A model generated the notes under the pieces. That model was given only the letters and a program-made list of their open reading frames with translations. It had not been told where the DNA came from and made no database searches. From an uncultured Bdellovibrionales bacterium (GTDB lineage Bacteria > Patescibacteriota > Minisyncoccia > Moranbacterales > UBA1568), in NCBI GenBank assembly GCA_964500505.1, contig CAZCNN010000003.1:176-64175 (forward strand): DNA of 64,000 nt. Reading direction: 5' to 3'. A program made the position numbers and the translations under genes. Positions 8,295-17,493 of this stretch are shown here, piece by piece; position 1 is the first letter of the stretch; every line of letters starts with the position of its first letter.

Positions 8295-9338
8295 ATGGTA
8301 TGTATGACAAATATTCCCCACCAGCTCCGCAATCACATATCCAAAGAAGAAGCTCTCAAAAAATTGTCTGAGGAGTCGTTTTCGCGTCGAGTCATTTCTT
8401 TTTACCGCTACGTTATCATTGGTGACCCGGTGGCTCTGCGGAACGAATTGTTTGCCGAATGGCAAGATCTCGGGTGTTTGGGGCGGATCTACGTGGCCAA
8501 AGAAGGGATTAATGCTCAAATGAGTGTGCCCGAGCCAAATTTTGAGAAATTTCGTGAACTACTCTATGCGCGGAAAGAGTTTACTGATGTGCCGTTCAAA
8601 GTGGGGGTAGAGCAAAATGATGAAGCCTTCTGGAAGCTGACTATCAAAGTGAAGCGTCAGATTGTGGCTGACGACCTTAAACCCGAGGACTACGATGTCA
8701 CCAATGTTGGGACACATCTGTCAGCCCGAGAATTTAATGAGCTGCTCGAAGAACCAGAGACGGTGGTGGTGGACATGCGTAACAACTATGAATCAGCTAT
8801 CGGACGCTTTGAGAAAGCGATAACGCCAAATGCTTTTACGTTTCGGGAGGAGTTACCTCTGGCAAAGGAGGTGCTTCAGGGTAAAGAGGACAAAAAAGTA
8901 CTCCTCTATTGTACTGGTGGAATTCGTTGTGAGAAGGCGAGTGCCTATCTCAAACACCACGGTTTCAAGAACGTATACCAGCTCCATGGTGGCATCATTG
9001 ACTACAAGCACCAGATAGAGCGTGAGGGCTTGCCATCGAAATTCAAGGGCAAGAATTTTGTGTTTGATGAGCGCCTCGGTGAGCGGATCACGGATGATGT
9101 CCTCGCCCACTGCTACCAGTGCGAGACGGTTTGTGATGACTATACTAACTGCGAGAATCTGGAGTGTAACCTCCTCTTCATCCAGTGTGCTTCTTGCAAA
9201 GACAAATTTTCTGGTTGCTGTAGTGTCGAATGCCAAGCCATTGTTGCTTTACCTGAGGCTGAGCAAATAAAACGACGCAAGGGTAAAGTGTTCCCCAAAA
9301 ACGCCCACGTTTTCAAGAAAAAAATTGCTCTTGTATAA
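8295..9338 (+). CDS. trhO: rhodanese-domain tRNA U34 hydroxylase TrhO (YceA/UPF0176) with Cys-rich C-terminal extension
   Basis: Rhodanese active-site loop LYCTGGIRCEKAS, plus a C-terminal CxxC-rich tail. The start is an internal Met in track ORF 8244..9338. Confidence 0.65.
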   Translation: MVCMTNIPHQLRNHISKEEALKKLSEESFSRRVISFYRYVIIGDPVALRNELFAEWQDLGCLGRIYVAKEGINAQMSVPEPNFEKFRELLYARKEFTDVPFKVGVEQNDEAFWKLTIKVKRQIVADDLKPEDYDVTNVGTHLSAREFNELLEEPETVVVDMRNNYESAIGRFEKAITPNAFTFREELPLAKEVLQGKEDKKVLLYCTGGIRCEKASAYLKHHGFKNVYQLHGGIIDYKHQIEREGLPSKFKGKNFVFDERLGERITDDVLAHCYQCETVCDDYTNCENLECNLLFIQCASCKDKFSGCCSVECQAIVALPEAEQIKRRKGKVFPKNAHVFKKKIALV

Positions 9339-9368
9339 GGAATCTTCCTTTTTTGGCTTGGTTCGGCT

Positions 9369-11018
9369 ATGCTAATAAGTATGAAACAAGCCCTTCAGAA
9401 GAAAATTGAAATGGCTCTCCAGGCGCTCCAAGAGGCAGGAGCCTTGCCTGTTTTCGTGCTTCCTCCGGTTTCGGTTGAACGACCCAAGGATGATCGGTTC
9501 GGAGAATATACGACGAACGTCGCTTTGGTCTTGTCCAAACTGGCCAAGAAGAGTCCAGTGGATATCGCGGAACTTCTGAAAGAAAAGATCCTGAATCAAC
9601 CTGCCCGAAACGCTTCGCGTAACGATGCGGGCGGGGCTCAGGATGACGAAGCGTTATTTCAAAACATTGAGATTGCTGGGCCTGGCCATCTCAACTTCTA
9701 CTTGGCGCAACATGAAATTGGAAAAGGAGTTGCTACGATTCTCAAGGAAGGGAAAGAGTATGGTGGGAGCACGCTCGGTCAGGGCATCAGAGTGAACAAT
9801 GAATTTATTTCTGCCAATCCGACGGGACCACTGACGGTAGGGAATGGTCGCGGAGGGTTTTATGCTGATAGCGTGGCACGAGTACTTCGCAAAGCAGGCT
9901 ATGAGGTGACCAACGAATACTACGTGAACGATGCTGGCGAACAGATCATGAAGCTTGGTCATAGCGTCCTTAAGGATGCCGAAGCGGTCTATGGTGGAGA
10001 CTACATCGAACAGTTAGCAGGAGCGAACCAGCAAACGGGTGTACGAGAGACGGGTGAATGGGCCGCCAACGAAGTACTGGAAAACATGATCAAGAAGTCG
10101 GTCGCAGAAAAAATGCAGATTCATTTTGATATGTGGACCTCGGAGAAGAAACTGATTGCGGATGGCTACGTCGAGCGGGCTATCAGTATCCTGAAAGAAA
10201 AAGCATTGACCTTTGAAGAGGACGGTGCCCTGTGGCTTCGGACGACAGAGTTCGGTGATGACAAGGACCGGGTGCTCGTGAAGAGTGACGGATCCAAAAC
10301 CTACTTTGCTTCTGATGCGGGCTACATTCTCCATAAGATGGAGCGGGGATTTACGGTGTTCATTGAAAGTTGGGGGGCCGATCACCATGGCTATATCAGT
10401 CGCTTCAGAGCGGTTGCACAGGCGCTCGGCTTTACTGGTGACATCCGGTTTCTCATCGTACAGCTGGTCAAGGTAGTGAAAGACGGCGTCGAAGTGAGGA
10501 TGAGTAAGCGCGCGGGCAATGTTGTGACCATAGATGAACTGATCGAGACAGTCGGGCATGATGTGGCCCGCTTCTTCTTCCTCATGTACGCCCCAGAGAC
10601 GCACATGAACTTTGATCTTGGTCTCGCCGAAGAACGCTCGCAGAAGAATCCGGTCTACTATGTGCAGTATGCGCATGCGCGACTCTCGAGTATCCTCAGG
10701 AAAGCAGAAGAGGAGGGAATTTCTGGTCGTGGTGACCCCTCGCTTCTCGTACATGTCAAAGAGCGTGAACTCATTCGGGAGCTGATGTTTTTCCCAGAGC
10801 TCGTAGAGACGGTGGCGACGGACTACTCTGTTCACAAGCTCCCTCAGTACGCGATGAAGCTGGCTGACAAGTTCCATTCGTTCTATGATGCTTGTCGAGT
10901 GATTGATAGTGAAGAGAAGGAGCTCAGTACTGCTCGATTGGAGCTGGTGCGAGCGACGCGAATCGTCCTCGCCGAGACGCTCACGCTTATGGGTATCAGT
11001 GCGCCAGAAACAATGTAA
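9369..11018 (+). CDS. argS: arginine--tRNA ligase
   Basis: Arg_tRNA_synt_N-like N-terminus, the core SANPTGPL...YYVNDAGEQ, a DALR anticodon-binding C-terminus (YVQYAHARLSSI) and a terminal Met. The class I HIGH position reads TVGN rather than HxGH (see findings). Confidence 0.85.
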   Translation: MLISMKQALQKKIEMALQALQEAGALPVFVLPPVSVERPKDDRFGEYTTNVALVLSKLAKKSPVDIAELLKEKILNQPARNASRNDAGGAQDDEALFQNIEIAGPGHLNFYLAQHEIGKGVATILKEGKEYGGSTLGQGIRVNNEFISANPTGPLTVGNGRGGFYADSVARVLRKAGYEVTNEYYVNDAGEQIMKLGHSVLKDAEAVYGGDYIEQLAGANQQTGVRETGEWAANEVLENMIKKSVAEKMQIHFDMWTSEKKLIADGYVERAISILKEKALTFEEDGALWLRTTEFGDDKDRVLVKSDGSKTYFASDAGYILHKMERGFTVFIESWGADHHGYISRFRAVAQALGFTGDIRFLIVQLVKVVKDGVEVRMSKRAGNVVTIDELIETVGHDVARFFFLMYAPETHMNFDLGLAEERSQKNPVYYVQYAHARLSSILRKAEEEGISGRGDPSLLVHVKERELIRELMFFPELVETVATDYSVHKLPQYAMKLADKFHSFYDACRVIDSEEKELSTARLELVRATRIVLAETLTLMGISAPETM

Positions 11019-11027
11019 AACAAAAAA

Positions 11028-11192
11028 ATGATCAATCGTTTGCCGAAACAGTATCGGGAAAAGTACAAGAAGAAACGTGGTTGGGATGAAGAGCTCATCA
11101 TGTTCGCTTTCAAGGTGGTCGGTTCGACGGCGCTTGTGTTTATCGTAGCGGCCGGAGTAGATGTCTATCATCTCATTCATTAAGGGTATGCC
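11028..11192 (+). CDS. small ORF (54 aa), single-TM hypothetical protein
   Basis: Read directly: MINRLPKQYREKYKKKRGWDEELIMFAFKVVGSTALVFIVAAGVDVYHLIH. It is below the track cutoff and fills the gap between argS and the next gene. Confidence 0.3.
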
Positions 11193-11754
11193 CCAGATCA
11201 CGTTTTATCTTGTGCGTCATGGCGAAGCGGAAAACAATGTGCTTCATATCTTAAATTCGGCCGGGGCTAAGAAGGAATACTCTTTGACTGAAAAGGGCCG
11301 AGCGCAGGCGAAACAAGTAGCGGCGTATTTGGCGACTGTAGGGGCCGATGCACTCTATAGTTCGCCAATCCTCCGGGCTAAAGAAACCGCCGAGGCGATT
11401 GCCGAGACGACGGGACTCTTGATCCAGTTCGATGACCGGTTGTGGGAGGTGGGAATGGGGCGTTTTAACGAGCAATCGCAGGAGGAGCTTCTCAAGAAGT
11501 ATCCCGAGCCACAGATGCGCCTCACGCCTGACACCGAGGATGAGATGGAGAGTATACTCCTGGTCCATGGTCGCCTGGGATCCTTTCTCAAGGAGATCAA
11601 GGACAAACATACTGGCCAAAAAGTAATCTTGGTATCACATGGGGACCCACTCGAACAACTGCACGGCATCCTCACTCGCGAGGGACCGGGGCGAGCAGCT
11701 GAAGGGTGGTACCCTGAGAAGGGATCTTGTACGGAAGTGGTCTGGCAATACTGA
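11188..11754 (+). CDS. histidine phosphatase family protein (phosphoglycerate-mutase-like)
   Basis: RHG catalytic motif in YLVRHGEAENN, a later H in VSHGD. Start taken at MPQITFY. Confidence 0.7.
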   Translation: MPQITFYLVRHGEAENNVLHILNSAGAKKEYSLTEKGRAQAKQVAAYLATVGADALYSSPILRAKETAEAIAETTGLLIQFDDRLWEVGMGRFNEQSQEELLKKYPEPQMRLTPDTEDEMESILLVHGRLGSFLKEIKDKHTGQKVILVSHGDPLEQLHGILTREGPGRAAEGWYPEKGSCTEVVWQY

Positions 11755-11768
11755 GAGAGGCGTCGCGG

Positions 11769-11794
11769 GACGCTTCTTTTCTTTTGCCTCTGAG
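11769..11794 (+). terminator. intrinsic terminator
   Basis: gcgtc-gcgg-gacgc hairpin followed by ttcttttctttt. Confidence 0.6.
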
Positions 11795-11838
11795 AGTGGT
11801 ACGGTTGAAGCATCTTGGCTTCTCAGAGGAGAATCACC

Positions 11839-13158
11839 ATGCAGTTCCTTATCATGCTGTTGATGGGACTCCTTACGGGGAGTGCCGTAGCGTACGAGAT
11901 GAACTCGGTACCTGACCAGTCGTTTGTGGCGCATCCGTGTGATCGCTACACCCGCTACTTTACGGAGTGCCTGCGACTGTATGAAGCAAGAGACCGAGCG
12001 CAAGCGGAGTCACTTCGCATCGTGCGGGTGGTGGATACTCGGGGTCGTGCTACTTTGGTACGCGAGTTCGTGCTCATTGCTTATGACCTCGAAGGGGAAG
12101 GATGGCACACCATCAGGCTCACGATGCCCCTGGTGGGGAATAGCACCTTTCAGCCGACGGTGCTCACGCCTGGGTATACGGTGCGTCGGATCAAGGGTCA
12201 GAGCTTCAACAAGATGTTTTTTCAGGTGACCTGGGCGGGACGTGAACTCCGGACCTATGGAGCGAAGCATCTCTCGCTTCCCGAGGACTTTCGGATCAAG
12301 CACCCGGATGCGATGACTCTCGAGGCCATAGAGGTGATCTATCTCTCGACACCCCCTCACCTCGTAAACCCCGAGTTTGTCCAAGCAGGGCAGGAGTTCG
12401 TCGTGAGGAAAACAGAAGAGGTACTGGCTGAACTTAAAGCGGAAGGAGTGCTGTCACGTGCTTATCCGGGCCGCCTCGTGTCAGCCGTCATCCATCCGTG
12501 GGTGCCACTTCACCTCGTCCTGGCTGAACAGGTTGACCCATGCCTCCTCAAGAGCCGTAGTCGCGTCTGTCAGCGGTTGATACCGGAGAACCCATTCCGA
12601 AGCGATGACGAAGTGATGCAGGCAGTGCTGACCGAGTTTGTCGTGAATGGCGAAGACGCCTTTCGCTATCTTGTCTCGAGTGGCAAGGCTCGGGGAGCGC
12701 TCCAATTCACCAACACCTATCGGGGCACAGCTCCCGGGACCTATGACATAGTGCGTCTTGCCTATCCACAGGCAGTGCTCGATCCTGATTTCCGGAGCGG
12801 GACTGAGGATTTTCGGAATAGCCTCAAGATGGCCATCCTCTTGATAGACATGGAGCTCGCGTATGGGAGCACACCAGCGTGGGTGCGCCAGGCGTTCCTC
12901 GAGGACTATCGACTGGGACTCCTCTGTCCGGCCGCCGCCTACAACGGTGGGGCGCAACAGTGTCGCAAGTTTGGGACACTGGTCGCTGAGTACCGGAGAG
13001 CACGGAGTCTCAGGGAAGTGACGTTTCATACGCTCACTGATGGCCATTTTCTCTCTTGGGTGGCACGGAGTCCCTGGGCCTTCAATCCGGAAACACACGT
13101 ATATCTCGAGAAGATTCTCCAGGTCTTCGGATCGGGACTCCTCCGAGAGACCAAGTAG
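11839..13158 (+). CDS. hypothetical secreted protein, GC-rich and Arg-rich, no recognisable domain
   Basis: Start at MQFLIMLLMGLLTGSAVA (signal peptide) preceded by a gaggag RBS. Local GC is visibly higher than in neighbouring genes. Confidence 0.5.
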   Translation: MQFLIMLLMGLLTGSAVAYEMNSVPDQSFVAHPCDRYTRYFTECLRLYEARDRAQAESLRIVRVVDTRGRATLVREFVLIAYDLEGEGWHTIRLTMPLVGNSTFQPTVLTPGYTVRRIKGQSFNKMFFQVTWAGRELRTYGAKHLSLPEDFRIKHPDAMTLEAIEVIYLSTPPHLVNPEFVQAGQEFVVRKTEEVLAELKAEGVLSRAYPGRLVSAVIHPWVPLHLVLAEQVDPCLLKSRSRVCQRLIPENPFRSDDEVMQAVLTEFVVNGEDAFRYLVSSGKARGALQFTNTYRGTAPGTYDIVRLAYPQAVLDPDFRSGTEDFRNSLKMAILLIDMELAYGSTPAWVRQAFLEDYRLGLLCPAAAYNGGAQQCRKFGTLVAEYRRARSLREVTFHTLTDGHFLSWVARSPWAFNPETHVYLEKILQVFGSGLLRETK

Positions 13159-13225
13159 GACACGCGGTTTTGTCACTGACAGACCGCTTTTTTCTTGCCC
13201 AAATTGCCCATGGTATGATGGGGGT

Positions 13226-14296
13226 ATGAATACGATCATCAAAGAAACTTTGGACCTGCTCCCGGGCGGACTCCTCATCACAGACTTGGATTCTCGGGTC
13301 CTCTATGCCAGTGCGGCGCTCGAACGTCGGACAGGTTTTGCGGTAGCGGAAATCGTCGGAAAAAAGCCAGGCGAGCTCTGGGGTGGTCGGATGCGGAAGC
13401 AGTTTTATACAGCACTCTGGCACACCATCGGCGGTGAGTGTCAGCCCTTTGTCGGTGAAGTAGCGAACACCCGGAAGAATGGCGCCAAGCATGACGAGCA
13501 CATCTATATCCTCCCTATCCGCGATGGTAGAGGCACTACCCGATACTTTGCCGAGGTCCATCCTGAACTCACCTCGAGAGAGAGCGAGCTCATGTTTGCT
13601 CATGAATTTCTCGGCCGGACCAAGGGTCAGTCTCAAGACGCTCCATTTTTCGACTGGCTGTTCACCCGTCTCGCTCGGAGAGAAAATGGGGAAACACGAT
13701 CATTCCCTGCGCTTGGTACCGATACGCTCATTGATCCCGCGACCTTTCTCTATCAGTCATTGATCCTCCCGACCGAACAGTTGTATGCTCGGCGACGTGA
13801 TGACGCACTCCTCATCGCTCGAGCCAAGGAAGACCCAGAGCAGTTCTCGGCCCTCTACAAGAAGTATGCCCCTTCGCTTCGAGAATATTTCTTGAAGCGT
13901 CTCTCTGGAGAGCGGATCTTGGCTGAGGATCTTCTCCAAGAGACGTTTCTCCGGGCCTTTCGTTATCTCCCGACGTTTCGCTCGGCCAATGCTTCGTACT
14001 ATACCTATCTCCTCCGGGTGGCGCACAGCGTCCTCGTCAATCAATTTCGGAAGGAACGATATGAAACGGTAGCGCTCACTGGGAACGAAGAAGAGAGAGT
14101 GGCTGAGGAAGGTCGGGTGTGGCCAGACCTCGAGTCTCTCCTCCTCAACCTGTCACCGCTTGAGCGTGAGATTATGCTCATGAAGTACCGAGATGGGCTC
14201 AAGGTGCGAGCTATCGCCACGGAGGTCGGGAAAAGCGAGAATGCGGTCAAATTGATTCTTTCCCGGACCCGGAAAAAGCTAAGAGTAAGGAGCTAG
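13226..14296 (+). CDS. PAS-domain / ECF-type sigma-70 fusion protein (N-terminal PAS, C-terminal sigma regions 2 and 4)
   Basis: The N-terminal roughly 120 aa has a PAS-like pattern (LLITDLDSRVLYASAALERRTGFAVAEIVGKKPGELW). The C-terminus has sigma region 2 (EDLLQETFLRAFRYL) and region 4 HTH (LSPLEREIMLMKYRDGLKVRAIATEVGKSENAVKLILSRTRKKLR). Confidence 0.7.
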   Translation: MNTIIKETLDLLPGGLLITDLDSRVLYASAALERRTGFAVAEIVGKKPGELWGGRMRKQFYTALWHTIGGECQPFVGEVANTRKNGAKHDEHIYILPIRDGRGTTRYFAEVHPELTSRESELMFAHEFLGRTKGQSQDAPFFDWLFTRLARRENGETRSFPALGTDTLIDPATFLYQSLILPTEQLYARRRDDALLIARAKEDPEQFSALYKKYAPSLREYFLKRLSGERILAEDLLQETFLRAFRYLPTFRSANASYYTYLLRVAHSVLVNQFRKERYETVALTGNEEERVAEEGRVWPDLESLLLNLSPLEREIMLMKYRDGLKVRAIATEVGKSENAVKLILSRTRKKLRVRS

Positions 14297-14324
14297 ACTC
14301 TCGGCGTCGGACAAGCTAATAGGT

Positions 14325-14355
14325 AAGGTGTCATGATGACACCTTTTTTGCTTTT
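14325..14355 (+). terminator. intrinsic terminator after sigma-fusion gene
   Basis: aaggtgtcatgatgacacctt hairpin followed by ttttgcttttt. Confidence 0.7.
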
Positions 14356-14408
14356 TGGTGTTTCATAAGGAGCAAGTCACAGTTTACAAAATGTAATAGC
14401 AAAGCACT

Positions 14409-16523
14409 ATGCCACTCTACAAAGTCCAGAAGCGGAACGGCTCCATTGTCGACTTTGAGCTCGAGAAGATACATGATGCCATAACCAAAGCGGCGGAGGC
14501 AGTGGGGAATCTCGATAAAGCGGTGCCCGAGGCTCTCCTTATGGAGACCGAGGTCACCCTCGAAGAACTCTATGGAGAGGAAATCCCAACGGTCGAGCAG
14601 ATCCAGGACGTTGTCGAGGACGTCCTTATCCGGTTTGACTACGCTGAGATGGCCAAGGCCTACATCCTGTACCGAGAGAAGCGTCGAGAAGTTAGGGCGG
14701 ACAAGAACGTGGTGGTGGAGGTACAAAAGACCATCGATGAGTACCTGGGCAAGCTCGACTGGCGCGTCAATGAAAATGCCAATCAGGGGTATTCGCTTGG
14801 GGGGCTCATCTTGAATACGGCCGGGAACGTGGTCGCCAACTACTGGCTGTCCCATATCTACCCCAAAAATGTCGGTGAAGCTCATCGCAATGGTGACTAT
14901 CATATCCACGACCTCGCTATGTTTTCGGGTTACTGCGCCGGCTGGAGTCTCCGGGCGCTCCTCGAAGAAGGATTCAATGGGGTACCAAACAAGATAGAGT
15001 CAGCACCACCCAAGCACTTGTCTTCGGCTGTTTCTCAGATGGTGAATTTCCTCGGGACACTCCAGAACGAATGGGCGGGTGCCCAGGCATTTTCGAGCTT
15101 CGACACCTACATGGCACCGTTCGTGAAGAAGAAAGAGCTAGAGCTCCGAGAGAAGATCGCCAAGTATCATATTACCTTTGCCGGGAAAAAGGCCAAGGAG
15201 CAGTACATCGCCGATGAGGTGTACAACTATGTCTATCAGAACCTCCAGTCATTTGTCTTCAACCTGAACATCCCGTCACGCTGGGGTACCCAGACGCCCT
15301 TTACCAACATTACGCTTGATTGGGACTGCCCAGCGGATATGAAGGACAAACGTCTCCTCCTCGGAGGCCAACCGTTTGAGTATACCTTTGGCGAACTCCA
15401 AAACGAGATGGATATTGTCAATCGCGCCTTTATCGAGGTGATGTCGCGAGGCGACGCCAAAGGGCGGACCTTTACCTTTCCGATCCCGACTTACAACATC
15501 GGCAAGGACTTTGATTGGGAGAGTGAGAAGAATCTGCCACTCTTTGAGATGACCGCCAAATATGGCACACCGTACTTCCAGAACTTCGTCAATTCTGAGC
15601 TCAATCCGAGTGATGTCCGCTCCATGTGTTGTCGGCTCCAGCTCGATCTCCGTGAACTGCGGAAGCGGGGTGGGGGACTCTTTGGGTCGGCGGAGATGAC
15701 GGGCTCAATCGGGGTGGTGACGATCAATGCTGCCCGTATCGGCTACCTCGCCAAGGGCGACAAGGACAAATTCTTTGCCCAGGTGGATCGACTCATGGAA
15801 CTGGCCAAAACCTCGCTTGAGATAAAGCGTAAAGAAATTCAGAAGTGGATTGATGCCGGACTGTTCCCGTATACCAAGCGCTACCTCGGCTACCTCAAGA
15901 ATCACTTTTCGACTATCGGGGTGAATGGCCTAAACGAAGCAATCCGAAATTTTACCGACGACCAAGAAAACATCACGACGGACTGGGGTCATGACTTTGC
16001 CCTTGAGGTGCTCACGCACATGCAGGAAAAGATTAAGTCGTTCCAGGAGGAGACACACAACTTCTACAACCTCGAGGCGACACCAGCTGAGGGCACAACA
16101 AATCGCTTTGCCAAGGAAGACAAGAAGCGCTTCCCGGATATCCTCCAGGCTGGGACCCCTGACGCTCCCTACTACACCAACTCTTCCCAAGTACCGGTTG
16201 GCTATACGGACGATGTCTTTGAGGTACTCGACCTCCAGGATGACCTCCAGACCAAGTACACCGGGGGCACAGTCCTTCACTGTTATATGAACGAGCGGAT
16301 ATCGACGCCGGAGGCCTGTCGCAATCTGGTCAAAAAAATCCTGACCCACTATCGACTACCGTACATCACTATCACTCCGACGTTTTCGATCTGTCCCAAG
16401 CATGGCTACCTTTCAGGCGAACACGACTTTTGTCCGAAGTGTGACACCGAGCTCGGTATCACCGGCGAACGCTACGACGAAAGCTATCGGAAGACGTACG
16501 CGAGCGATACTGCCCACAAGTAA
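14409..16523 (+). CDS. nrdD: anaerobic ribonucleoside-triphosphate reductase (class III RNR) large polypeptide, lacking the glycyl-radical domain
   Basis: ATP-cone-like N-terminus and an NrdD core. It ends inside the C-terminal Zn-ribbon (CPKHGY...CPKC), so the RVxGY glycyl-radical motif is absent from this ORF. Confidence 0.85.
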   Translation: MPLYKVQKRNGSIVDFELEKIHDAITKAAEAVGNLDKAVPEALLMETEVTLEELYGEEIPTVEQIQDVVEDVLIRFDYAEMAKAYILYREKRREVRADKNVVVEVQKTIDEYLGKLDWRVNENANQGYSLGGLILNTAGNVVANYWLSHIYPKNVGEAHRNGDYHIHDLAMFSGYCAGWSLRALLEEGFNGVPNKIESAPPKHLSSAVSQMVNFLGTLQNEWAGAQAFSSFDTYMAPFVKKKELELREKIAKYHITFAGKKAKEQYIADEVYNYVYQNLQSFVFNLNIPSRWGTQTPFTNITLDWDCPADMKDKRLLLGGQPFEYTFGELQNEMDIVNRAFIEVMSRGDAKGRTFTFPIPTYNIGKDFDWESEKNLPLFEMTAKYGTPYFQNFVNSELNPSDVRSMCCRLQLDLRELRKRGGGLFGSAEMTGSIGVVTINAARIGYLAKGDKDKFFAQVDRLMELAKTSLEIKRKEIQKWIDAGLFPYTKRYLGYLKNHFSTIGVNGLNEAIRNFTDDQENITTDWGHDFALEVLTHMQEKIKSFQEETHNFYNLEATPAEGTTNRFAKEDKKRFPDILQAGTPDAPYYTNSSQVPVGYTDDVFEVLDLQDDLQTKYTGGTVLHCYMNERISTPEACRNLVKKILTHYRLPYITITPTFSICPKHGYLSGEHDFCPKCDTELGITGERYDESYRKTYASDTAHK

Positions 16524-16546
16524 TATAAACATTCACACACACTGTT

Positions 16547-16735
16547 ATGAGCCAGGAAGCAAACAATGAGAAGCGCACCCGCTGTGAAATCTGGACGCGC
16601 GTCATGGGCTATCATCGCCCCGTCTCGCACTTCAATATCGGCAAAAAGGCGGAGCACTATTCACGGAAGCACTTTGAGGAATGCGTCGCAGACAATACGT
16701 CTTTTGAGGCGCGCTATGGTGAACAAGCGGCCTGA
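16547..16735 (+). CDS. stand-alone NrdD C-terminal glycyl-radical domain (62 aa)
   Basis: TRVMGYHRPVSHFNIGKKAEHY matches the NrdD glycyl-radical signature RVxGYxRPVxxxNxGK. It sits 23 nt downstream of the nrdD stop, in a different frame, with stops in between. Confidence 0.65.
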   Translation: MSQEANNEKRTRCEIWTRVMGYHRPVSHFNIGKKAEHYSRKHFEECVADNTSFEARYGEQAA

Positions 16736-16741
16736 TCAATC

Positions 16742-17449
16742 TTGATGAAGCTCTCAGCTATCCAACGGTTCACGATGCTCGACTACCCCGACAGGGTGGC
16801 CTGTATCGCGTTTACTCCCGGATGCAGTATGCGTTGTGGCTTCTGTCACAACCCCGAGTTTGTGGTGCCGGAGCAGATTCGAGCGCTTGAGTCGGGGTTC
16901 ATCGCGACAGAGACGTTTTTCAATTTTCTCGACCAGCGTAGCGGACTCCTCGAGGGAGTAGTGGTCTCTGGTGGCGAACCGACTATCTGGCCGGACCTCC
17001 CTGATTTCATGCGGGAGATCCAGGCCCGAGGCTTTCTCACCAAACTCGATACCAATGGACGACACCCGGAGATGCTCGAGCGACTCCTCAGCGAGGGACT
17101 CGTTGATTATGTCGCCATGGATGTCAAAACATCGCTCTCAGAATATCCCAAGTTAGTCGGCGGTGGCGTCACCGGGGAGCAGATCATGAGAAGTATCGAG
17201 CTTTTGAAGACAGCAGGAATTCCCTATGAGTTTCGCACCACCCTTATCAAAGAAGTGCATACAGTGGAGGTGCTCGAGGATATGGCCGAGCTCCTCACCG
17301 GCGCCGAGCGTTACTATCTTCAGACCTTTCGTCCGGGACACACGCTTCATCCAACCTTTGCCAAGTACCATCCATTTTCGCGCGCTCTGATGGAAAAGTG
17401 GTGTCTCATGCTTGCTCCGCGGGTGGGCCAGGTGATGATTCGGGACTAG
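16742..17449 (+). CDS. nrdG: anaerobic ribonucleotide reductase activating protein (radical SAM)
   Basis: CxxxCxxC radical-SAM cluster motif CSMRCGFCHN, directly after the nrdD pieces. Confidence 0.85.
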   Translation: MMKLSAIQRFTMLDYPDRVACIAFTPGCSMRCGFCHNPEFVVPEQIRALESGFIATETFFNFLDQRSGLLEGVVVSGGEPTIWPDLPDFMREIQARGFLTKLDTNGRHPEMLERLLSEGLVDYVAMDVKTSLSEYPKLVGGGVTGEQIMRSIELLKTAGIPYEFRTTLIKEVHTVEVLEDMAELLTGAERYYLQTFRPGHTLHPTFAKYHPFSRALMEKWCLMLAPRVGQVMIRD

Positions 17450-17493
17450 GGAGGATGAGAAAGGAGAATATGCGTCACTCATAATACAATCCT

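Noticed and set aside
10014-11201. 395-aa minus-strand ORF inside argS, and similar long antisense ORFs (18635..19210, 22991..23746, 28295..28810, 41460..42173, 44175..44807)
   Set aside because: They are antisense to strongly supported conserved genes (argS, ileS, the DUF11 protein, the M16 peptidase, atpD, leuS). They have no domain signals and are typical GC-driven shadow ORFs.
14356-14408. NrdR box upstream of nrdD (TACAAAATGTA partial palindrome)
   Set aside because: There is only a short weak dyad, and no nrdR gene is in the window. It is not distinguishable from chance.
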